Assembly (NCBI GenBank): GCA_009859145.1
Contig: VRVR01000027.1
Location: 257,974-321,973 of the forward strand
Length of the DNA stretch: 64,000 nt
Reading direction: 5' to 3'
From: Andalucia godoyi And28
Lineage: Eukaryota; Protista; Jakobida
Shown here: positions 53,036 through 61,799 of the stretch, in pieces
Numbering within the stretch: position 1 is the stretch's first letter
How the letters are laid out: each line of letters starts with the position of its first letter
Notes under the pieces: generated by a model
Seen by the model: only the letters and a program-made list of their open reading frames with translations
Told to the model about the DNA's origin: nothing
Database searches by the model: none
Program-made: the position numbers and the translations under genes

Positions 53036-54817
53036 TTAGGGAGCGAACGTTCCAATGTACCTCTGATTTTCGACTACTCCATCCGCTTTCGCAATGGGAA
53101 ATACGTCTTCTTGCCACGCATCCTGGTTCAGCAGAGCCCATGCATACGCGGTATACTGTCGGACTCTGGCCGCTACTTCGACCGCCTTGCCGCGGGCGAG
53201 ATGAGAAGAGACCTCGCTCATCGACCAAGACGGATAGACCATGCAGTAGTGCAATGCCATGAGAGACCAGATAGCGCAGAATCCTGGCATTTCTCGAAGA
53301 TCGAGCCGGTCCCATTCCACAGCGGCTTCCAGCGCCTGTGCACCCAAAAAGGGACAAGTCTGTTTAAGAGGACGAATGTTGTACGAACGACCTTGGTCGG
53401 ATGCACTGAGCATCGGCAACATGATCCGTCGAATGCGACTTTCGACAATGTCATTCGAAGCGCAGTGGCCATGCGGCTCAAATCGTTCTACACGGCGTCC
53501 ATCTCGGCGCACCACAAGAGCGTTGGCATGCAGGGACTCCGCGTCCTCGCTTCGACGGAAGGAAAGCAGGAAGCCCAGCATGCTCCACGTTGGATTCTCC
53601 AGAGCAAGTGACAGGATGCGGGATATCTGCTCATCGGTAGTCATTGGCATCGCTGCCGTCAAGACAGAAGCGGGGGCACGCACTCGGCGTGTCAGTGTGG
53701 CAAGAAAGGCCCGCAGGTTCGGATGCACGCTTCTCCATTGGAAATACCGGTTAAGCCGCGTCGCATCTTCTCCAAGGACTGCAGAAACGTCAGCTTCCAC
53801 AATATCATTCGACGCTAAAAGTATGGATCGAATATTCCATCGTGCCCGTTCTCCGGCTTCCCGTCTTGGACGTGCTCCCGAGCGGACAAACTGCAACAAA
53901 CCCTCGTATTCTCGGGGACGGACTGCGAATTCGTTTTGATGAATGCTTCTTCTCAGTGCTTCCGGTACGGCCATCCAGGACGGCCACCAGACATCAATCT
54001 CGAGATCGTTCACAAAGAAGCGCAACATTTCCTGACTGGAGATCGATCTCCAGTATTCTGGATCCGAAAAGTCTACCGAAAACTGTTCCACGAGCAAATT
54101 CAGCTGCACGAAATGTTCGTGACGAATGAATGCGTGGATTGCACTGGGCGCAAGGACAAGCGCACGGATCTCGATCCCCACGAGGACCTCGAAGAAAGCA
54201 AGAGTTTCGCGATCCATTTCGCCCAACCAAATGAACATTAAACATTCCTCGCACTCTTCCAAGCTGGAAGACGTATGGCGGTGCAGGTGCGAAGCAAATG
54301 CAAGCTTCTCCTCCCGGGAAACCTGGAAATTCGACAAGACTCGTCTCATGATCTTCAAAGCCTCTTCCAGTGAGAACATCCTATATGGATCCAGCAACGA
54401 GAGAATGACCGACGGGAACGTGCTTGTCTGCAGCACCCGATCTGCATAAACAAGTTGGTGTTCCACCATCCAACCAGCGAGAGCTGCATTGCCGATGTCA
54501 ACTACATGAAACTCCAGAAACACACGCATCCCTCGTGTTGACAGGATGGCATGCAGCATGTTTGCGACCCGCAGGAAATTAGCATCTGGAACATTCCGCA
54601 GGCAGCTCGCCTTCATCAACCAGACCCACGGCCGAGGTCGCACCATCGTGCGTACCGCATCCAGCAACGAGACAATATTCCGCTCGAGCAGTGTTGGGTC
54701 CTGCACGGCTACAGCGAGAAGGATCTCTGCAGTGTCAAAGGTGAGTCCGAAGAACTCGTGCTGAACGACACAGCCGTCCAAGACACCGTTCCAAAGAGAT
54801 TGGAGATCAATCGGCAT
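53036..54817 (-). CDS. Helical-repeat protein with a C-terminal CE-clan-like (Ulp1/adenain-order) cysteine peptidase domain
   Basis: HANALVV...RFEPHG...GAQ...GFCAIWS gives His, Glu (+17), Gln and Cys in CE-clan order. I recall this motif set from giant-virus hypothetical proteins; not verified by a search. Confidence 0.65.
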   Translation of the reverse strand: MPIDLQSLWNGVLDGCVVQHEFFGLTFDTAEILLAVAVQDPTLLERNIVSLLDAVRTMVRPRPWVWLMKASCLRNVPDANFLRVANMLHAILSTRGMRVFLEFHVVDIGNAALAGWMVEHQLVYADRVLQTSTFPSVILSLLDPYRMFSLEEALKIMRRVLSNFQVSREEKLAFASHLHRHTSSSLEECEECLMFIWLGEMDRETLAFFEVLVGIEIRALVLAPSAIHAFIRHEHFVQLNLLVEQFSVDFSDPEYWRSISSQEMLRFFVNDLEIDVWWPSWMAVPEALRRSIHQNEFAVRPREYEGLLQFVRSGARPRREAGERARWNIRSILLASNDIVEADVSAVLGEDATRLNRYFQWRSVHPNLRAFLATLTRRVRAPASVLTAAMPMTTDEQISRILSLALENPTWSMLGFLLSFRRSEDAESLHANALVVRRDGRRVERFEPHGHCASNDIVESRIRRIMLPMLSASDQGRSYNIRPLKQTCPFLGAQALEAAVEWDRLDLREMPGFCAIWSLMALHYCMVYPSWSMSEVSSHLARGKAVEVAARVRQYTAYAWALLNQDAWQEDVFPIAKADGVVENQRYIGTFAP

Positions 54818-55038
54818 TTTTATTAGTTGGCTGGGTCGGGATTACGGAATTATAAATGAATAGGAGAGTGCATGTGTCACAGAAGTGGTGCATGCTTCGT
54901 GTTTTGGAGAAACTCGGCATCCGTCATCAGCGAATGTTCTGCTCTTCTGCACAAAAAATCGACAAGGCGACGGATGCCACGTACGTCTTTTCTGATTAAA
55001 TAAACGAAGCTTCATGCAGTCACCATGTTTATGGTAGA

Positions 55039-55986
55039 TTACAGCAAATGCAGAGCGGCCAGAGTGCACAGTACCAACGGAGACATCCATGCAGCGGACG
55101 CACCTGAGGACACGCCGGTCCCGGTGACTCCGAACACAGCGGTAAATATGATGTTGGCATACCGGTCCTGGGGAATCGCCACGTACGTCGTGGTATCGGC
55201 ATACAGAGAGCCGACCGCGCTCGAAGTTCCATAAGCGGCTACGGCAGTTTCGGCGTTCGTATTGTTCGCATTCACGTAGTACGACGTTGGAGAAGTGTAC
55301 ACGCCTGCAAACGAGTATGGCCCTCCCTGCCTTGCAACCACCGAAATTCCCCCGTTGGCAATCAGCTTGATGTTCGCAGACGCACTGCTCGATCCGTCGA
55401 ACGTGATTTTCTTCTTGCTTTGAGAGCCCCCGACATATGTCTGCAAGTCAAATCCAAGATGTGTGACCCCGGATCCGTACGGCGTCGAGCGCGGTGCAGG
55501 AATTGCAGCGAGGAACGCCTGGCCACGGGTCATCGGCACCGCAGCAGGCAGCGTGTAATTGTAGTTCACCTTCGTGAAGGCAGTGATGATGAACGAGGCG
55601 TAGATGCGATCGACAGAACAACCCGTCTCCGACAGACAGATGTAGTAGTACACGGAAGGCGTGGTCCCGGCGTTGTGTGCACCCGTGTACGAAATAAACT
55701 TTCCAGCAGGATCCGTCACGATGTCCGCCTGCCAGATGGAACACGCGACCTTCGTAACGGTACCGCTTGTGATTGACGACGGCGTGATCGTGTACTCGGT
55801 GAAATCGATCGGCGACACTGCAATGCGATTCACAGCATCCCCAGCGGCGAAGTACCGCACTGTGGGGCAGGATGATTCCATGCCGAGACCTATCACAAGT
55901 TCAAGCTCAGGAAGCGTTGTCTGTGTTGACAGACCGCTGGACATGGCCAGTAGCAAGGAAAAAGCAATGGCGAATACAAAACGCAT
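55039..55986 (-). CDS. Secreted, probably GPI-anchored S/T/A-rich protein
   Basis: Signal peptide MRFVFAIAFSLLLAMSSG; C-terminus SSGASAAWMSPLVLCTLAALHLL. Confidence 0.72.
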   Translation of the reverse strand: MRFVFAIAFSLLLAMSSGLSTQTTLPELELVIGLGMESSCPTVRYFAAGDAVNRIAVSPIDFTEYTITPSSITSGTVTKVACSIWQADIVTDPAGKFISYTGAHNAGTTPSVYYYICLSETGCSVDRIYASFIITAFTKVNYNYTLPAAVPMTRGQAFLAAIPAPRSTPYGSGVTHLGFDLQTYVGGSQSKKKITFDGSSSASANIKLIANGGISVVARQGGPYSFAGVYTSPTSYYVNANNTNAETAVAAYGTSSAVGSLYADTTTYVAIPQDRYANIIFTAVFGVTGTGVSSGASAAWMSPLVLCTLAALHLL

Positions 55987-56499
55987 GATGGCCGAGATTA
56001 AGCTGAAGGATAACTGAGACTGGGAACAGAAGAACAGAAAAGAAGAAAAGAAAATTAGGCGAACCATAAAGAGCGAAAAGAATAAAAAGAGAGACGGAAA
56101 GGCAGTGGACGAATTCGGAAGTGAGCCGCGTTCTGGGGCGTTGTTGGAAATCCAACCGACACATCTTCGGCTTCCGTCGGAAAAGAGAGTTCGAATCCGG
56201 CATGCAACTTGGCTCCGGATTGGAATGCGAGCTGGACCACCGGTCGGCCGCCATCGCAGCTAATCCCGCATCCCTCTACATTGAGGCGGGAGAGCCAACT
56301 TCGTATGCCCTCGCCTCACTTGTCCCGCTGGAGCCGGTGCTCATGACCTCCATCCCCTGTGAGTCAAAAGGGGAGGAGCCCACGTTCAGCTGCATGCCTT
56401 TAAATCTGTGGCCGCCAGTTCCTACATCAGCCGCCGCGTACTGCGTGGACAGCGGTTCCTGTGCGGCTAACATGATATGCACGACGAGGGAAACAGGCC

Positions 56500-57950
56500 G
56501 GAGAAGGACCGGCTCTATGGCGCTTGGCCGCCGGTTCGTGCTGACTAAGGAGATCCTGCCTGACCTGCCGCTCTGGCTGTGCATATCAGATGAATCGGCT
56601 TATTGAGCGAGCATCCGTCTTCTCCTCTGATCCTGGAAGTGGTGTCTGTCGCGGGTCTGAACCTTGCACCGATGTATCATCCGATGTAACCTCGAAGATT
56701 GTTGCCTATTTCAGATCTGGAATGGCTCGACGCTGAGGTGCAGCGGCTGCTGTCGGCTGGGTCGATTCGGAGTGCAGCCGACGTAGATAGCCTCCTACGG
56801 TGTCCGGTTGTCCTGATTTCCAAGGTGAGAGGGGCGCCTGGTTGACGGCCTGCGGGCCGTGCATCATGCTCCTGCTCCAAACTTCGCGCATCAGATAAGA
56901 GGATTGATCCTCGTTGGTTCACCTGACCCAGAGCGAGAACAGCTCTTCTCGGTAGATCTCACATACAGATATCGTGTGGCTTCCCTGAGCGATCAGTTCT
57001 CCGCACTGCGCGGCATTCGGGAGGGACAGCAGCAGTACATATTTCAGATACTCTTCTTCAGGCTGAGTTGGACATCTGACGTCAGCACGAAGCTTCGGAT
57101 GCCACTGAAAGACCACAGCCGCTCGCTTGGGCTTCAAATCTCGTTATACGTCGACGATTTTCTGAGATTGGCACATTTCCACCGAACGGGCATGGCCTTA
57201 CTAAGCTGGTTGACCGTGAAGCTGAATGAAGCTGAATTCGCTGGTAGCCTCTTGTCCTCAAGGAAACATCGGATCGCATCTCAGGAACAAGAACACTTGG
57301 AATTGATTGCGAATATCCGCAGAACGACTCCTTCAACTTTCGGAGAAATTGGTATCCGAGATCGAGTTTCCTATCAGGAAGTCCAGTAGAAAGTGCGTGA
57401 AACCTGTGGGTCGGTCATGTTGGGGTTCGATGCTTCCAGGCGCCCTCCCATGTGATCCCCTTGGAACCCAGATCGGACGGTCCTTGGTCCTAGATGCAGG
57501 TGGAATTCCTTGGGAGACCAGTTGGTAGCGGGCACAGGTCCGACAGAATCGGAGCCACCCATTGTCTGCCTTATTGGTGCGTTGTCTTCTGATAGTCGAC
57601 ACCTTATTAGAAGGGCATGTGTCGGATTGGTGGATTCGAACACGATGTAGTCTCTATATCCACGGGCCAAGCATTTCACGAACCAACACAGGATCGGCTG
57701 CATACATACCACGAGTTGCTGGCGCTGCACCCCTCCGTGTGCGAACCTGCTGATGTTGTCTGCGTTGAGTTCATAGAATGCAATTCTAGCGTCGTTCGAC
57801 TCGGCATGAACGATCACGTCATTTACGCTTAGGATGGATGCATCAGCCCTGGCGCAAGCCCTCGGTGTTTCCTCCGAACAGATGTCGAATTTCCGCCAGT
57901 AGAGTTGGAGCTGTGCTGCGATGTTCAGATGCCAAGGAGTGAACGGTTGG
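56500..57950 (+). mobile_element. Decayed DIRS-like retrotransposon: reverse transcriptase and probable RNase H remnants
   Basis: WLDAEVQRLLSAGSI..CPVVLISK, GRLVDGLRAV, LFSVDL and YIFQILFFRLSWTSDVSTKL..PL...RSLGLQISLYVDDFL match the DIRS RT consensus YxFxxLPFGLSxxPxxFTK...LRxxG...YxDD. Later fragments SRTNTGSAAYI and QPW..SVFPP; many stops and frameshifts. Confidence 0.75.
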
Positions 57951-57995
57951 TAAAATCTTCGTCTTCCACTCCAACACGAAGAGCGCAACCACTAG

Positions 57996-58655
57996 GCTTA
58001 TCTAACATCGAGATCAGCTCCGTCCGACCTGCCGGTCCTCCTGACCAACCGGAGCAGCTGACGGTCGTGGAGACCCGGATGACTGTGCTTATGTAAAATC
58101 GAGATGCGCTCCGTCCGACGTTCCTGACCTCCTGAGCAACCAGAGCAGCTGACGGTCGTGGAGACCCAGATGACCAGGCGTATGTAAAATCGAGATCAGC
58201 CCCGTCCGACGTTCCTGACCTCCTGAGCAACCAGAGCAGCTGACGGTCGTGGAGACCCGGATGACTGTGCTTATCTAACATCGAGATCAGCTCCGTCCGA
58301 CCTGCCGGTCCTCCTGACCAACCAGAGCAGCTGAAGGTCGTGGAGACCCAGATGACCAGGCGTATGTAAAATCGAGATCAGCCCCGTCCGACCTGCCGGT
58401 CCTCCTGACCAACCAGAGCAGCTGAGGGTCGCGGAGACCCGGATGACTGTGCTTATGTAAAATCGAGATGCGCTCCGTCCGACGTTCCTGACCTCCTGAG
58501 CAACCAGAGCAGCTGAAGGTCGCGGAGACCCAGATGACTGTGCTTATGTAAAATCGAGATGCGCTCCGTCCGACGTTCCTGACCTCCTGACCAACCGGAG
58601 CAGCTGAAGGTCACGGATACCCAGATGACTGTGCTTATGTAAAGTTTATGTAAAA
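57996..58655. repeat. Array 3 of the ~91-bp repeat family (7 units)
   Basis: Same unit and orientation as arrays 1 and 2, with array-specific variants (GTTCCTGACC, GAGCAACCAGAGC, GACTGTG). Confidence 0.95.
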
Positions 58656-58777
58656 ATACCGTTCTGCCTGTTTATGGCTTAAAAAATCCGTGAGAAAAAT
58701 AGAGATGAAACGTTTTCTCTTGGTTTCGTGTTTTCTTTTAATCTTTAATCCATTTCAAAGAATCATTTTCAGCAGGC

Positions 58778-59734
58778 ATGCGTTCCAGTAAGACTTCCGT
58801 TTCCACATCAACAGGTCCCTCGGGCTCCGGATCTCGGCAGCCCATGTCCAAGGCACGGAAGAACAGAAACGTATTCTTCATCCGTGGATGCCGCTGGGGA
58901 ATTGTTCGACGTCGAGAAGTGAATGGGAGAACGGTGTACGATTGCTGCAATAAGAAGCAAACCGTTGCAGCAGCGCTTTCCGTCGAATCCCTCTGCGGCA
59001 AGTACCCGAAGCTCGCTCTCAAGTTCGAACAAGAATTTCCACGGCACCATATCCATCCCAATGACCTGGAAGTGTTCTGGCAGTATGTACCTGCCACAGC
59101 CTCGTGGTTGCCCTGGCCTGCCCCTCCTGGCTCTGGATCGCGCAGGATCACCCGGATGGGATCTCTTCTGGCAAATGAAGCCATTCGTCTCGCAGCCGAC
59201 GAGGAAGACCTCCTGCAAGAGGACGACTTCCCGGAACCTCATGAGTTGGTTTCCCTCGGAGATTTGAAACGCTGGATTGCATTCAGTCGCCCATACTTCA
59301 GCGATGATCTCAGATTTGTTCAGCTGTTCACGGGATGCTCAGAAGCATGGTGGAACGTCATGATAGACCAGCCGTTACGTTTCGCAGTCTTTCAACGAAT
59401 CGGCAGGTTCGGAATTGAGCGAACTTGCTCGGATCTCAAAGACGTTCTCGGACCGAAGATGATTCCCATGATTGCAACCAGCGAAGGATGCCAGACATGT
59501 GATCACGAGGAAGCCGGCCCTTACGTTCGATTGGCATGCGGAAATGTGCTGTGTGAGAAATGCTTCGCGAGGATGGTCCTGGCCTCCAAGATGAAGCCGT
59601 CGCCGGTTTGCACTTGCAACGGATGGGAGCACAATCTTGAACTTGCAGAAGAATTCCCTGAGGAGAAGAGTGATGAAGAATTCTCTGAGGAGAAGAGTGA
59701 TGACGAATTCGACTGCTTTTTCGAGAGCCCGTAA
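58778..59734 (+). CDS. Hypothetical protein with a chromodomain-like N-terminal segment and a RING-like Zn finger
   Basis: IVRRREVNGRTVY...ESL..KYPKL..KFE resembles a chromo fold without the usual aromatic cage. CQTC-x11-CGNVLCEKC-x13-CTC is RING-like with H replaced by N. Confidence 0.6.
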   Translation: MRSSKTSVSTSTGPSGSGSRQPMSKARKNRNVFFIRGCRWGIVRRREVNGRTVYDCCNKKQTVAAALSVESLCGKYPKLALKFEQEFPRHHIHPNDLEVFWQYVPATASWLPWPAPPGSGSRRITRMGSLLANEAIRLAADEEDLLQEDDFPEPHELVSLGDLKRWIAFSRPYFSDDLRFVQLFTGCSEAWWNVMIDQPLRFAVFQRIGRFGIERTCSDLKDVLGPKMIPMIATSEGCQTCDHEEAGPYVRLACGNVLCEKCFARMVLASKMKPSPVCTCNGWEHNLELAEEFPEEKSDEEFSEEKSDDEFDCFFESP

Positions 59735-59759
59735 CACGGGCAATCGAGTAGGCGGAACT

Positions 59760-61799
59760 GAGTGCAAACGAAAACGTAAGCTGCATAGAAAGCTTCCTAT
59801 GCGGCTAGGAAGTGAAAGGAAAGCTGTTTCGCTACAAATAAAGTGCGCGTTTTTGCTCGGATGCATCTTTCCCATTCGAAGACAGAACAAGTTGGTCAAA
59901 CAACAAGCCAACTCTGCAATCGAAGTCCGTGTGGCTCAAATCGCATCATCAGAACCGTTTCCCGTTGAATCAGAAGCACATTTGCTTACAATCCGTTTAC
60001 GTTCGGCACTCTGAACCACAGGAAACACCGAGCGTCCTGCTGTTCGATTTTGCATCTGCCATTGCAGTTTGCAAATCCCTTTCCACATCTTCTTGTGTGC
60101 GGTAACGGTGCGTACCCCCTGCAAGATCACTTGGGCTTCCCATCCTCTTCAACAAGAACGTGAGAAACAATACCATGCTATGATGCAAAGTTTGCCATCG
60201 ATAGTAATGTCGAAATGCTGGAGGATTGGCGGCAAGGACTCGTGGGACATCGGCCCCCACGGTGTCGGTGTCCTCCAATAGCCGTGCACGAAGGGTCCAC
60301 TGGGCACGGTGCGCTGCCATTCGCTGAGGGCGAACGGAGGAGCGGATGTGCAAACGCAGCAACTCGTATGTGTCTGCTCGAACGGACTGATCACCGTCTC
60401 ATATGCTTTTGCGAAGCGCCGCTGGGACTTTCATCCACCTTGATCATCGCACCCGCACGCCAAGTTCCTCCTTCAGAAACTGCAGCATGCTCAAACTCGA
60501 AATGGAACTCCAATATTTCGGGTCCGACAAGTCTGCATGGAAATCACTCTCCAGCACTTGCAGTCAGAGAACGTCGTCATTCCGAACGGAGATGTACACA
60601 AACTTTTCCACCACCTCATCGCTGAGAATGAGATCACTTATTGTCACGTCAAGGAGAGCAGACAACCCATCAAGCCGAGGAGTTGGAGTGAAATCCAGCC
60701 ATTTGTCGACGAAGAACGCAACCCGCACGTCGTTGGATTCCAAGAGGTGTGCCGACAAGTTGGCTGCGAAATGGAGAGCATCCGAAGCGATGACAAACGG
60801 ATTTGCGAGGGTACAGCCCAACAGTGCAGCGGCCTCTATCGTGGTGAACCTCTTATCGGGCGGCATTGTTGCTTGCAAGACATTCGGAAAGGACGAGGTG
60901 GCAAAGATTCGCTCTGCGTCCATGAGATCGTGCTCGATCATCCACCGAGCCAACGAGACGTTATTCATGTTGAAAGCGTTGAATAGAAAGTGGAGTCGCA
61001 CCCCACGAGTCGACAGGTGCTCCAACAAGAGGTCAGCAGCTCGAAGGAGGTCTTGGTCGGATCGAGCGAGTACGCTCGCACGCACCAGCCACACCCATGG
61101 TCGCGGCAAGTGCATTCGGTGCATGGCTGCTTGGAAAGAAGGTATGTTGGCTCTGAACAGTTCAGGACAGCAAACGCCCAATGCGAGAATTATTTCTGCC
61201 CCAACGAATAGAATTTGCCCTATGCGCACTCCTGTGATGCGTCTCTCGACAACGGCGTTGCAAAGGGTGTGGTGGAAATGAGAGAGTAGACCGCAGTCGG
61301 ATTCCTCGATCAAAAGAGCGGTTGTCTGTTCCAGAAAGCGTTCGAACGACTGTTTCAGCAAGAAGAGAATGTGGGCAGTTGGAAACTGGCGGTCGCGCAT
61401 GACCATTTCGAGCAACCTCGCGTTTCCCAGCACTCCCGGCATGTAAGCTGGAATGTATGGGTCGATTTTCTGCCATTCGAGATCCGGGAAAGTGGAATCG
61501 TCCAAGAACGCGGAAGCTCGTTCTTCGTATCGCGGACTGTGCCGCAGCAAGAAGATCACGGAGTCAGCGACCTCGGCATACTGGGAGGTGGGCAGCAGAG
61601 GGAACAGTGCGCACGGGATTTCGAACTCTTCCTCCAGGAACTGAGGGATTTGGAAGAATGACAAAGTTACAAATCGCAGGTTGATACGAACCCACAAAGG
61701 GACTGCTGCGATATCTGCGTTCTGTGAAGTTGTGCTAACGAGGTGAACAATGGAATCAACAGCAGCATCAATGTCCCGGATGTCGACGATGGACTTCAT
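59760..61799 (-). pseudogene. Decayed paralogue of 53036-54817
   Basis: PRPWVWLVRAS vs PRPWVWLMKAS. Homology continues in frame through TGA stops at 60564, 60444 and 60399. After a frameshift, *ANVLLIQ...MRFEPHG carries a TAA (59986-59988) where the catalytic His would be. Confidence 0.85.

Noticed and set aside
56100-56205. tRNA or Pol III element suggested by GTTCGAATCC
   Set aside because: No T-stem pairing or cloverleaf can be formed around it.
56440-56480. Retroviral aspartic protease motif (CVDSGS)
   Set aside because: The motif is isolated, and the adjacent RT is DIRS-like, a group that lacks a protease.
39351-58655. CRISPR-like interpretation of the 91-bp arrays
   Set aside because: The variable parts are a few recurring alleles of the same sequence, not unique spacers, and no cas genes are present.
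59900-60566. TGA recoding (Trp/Sec) or an alternative genetic code suggested by three in-frame TGAs
   Set aside because: TGA, TAA and TAG all terminate intact long ORFs in this window, and the same gene also has a frameshift and a TAA at the catalytic His. Pseudogenisation is the simpler explanation.
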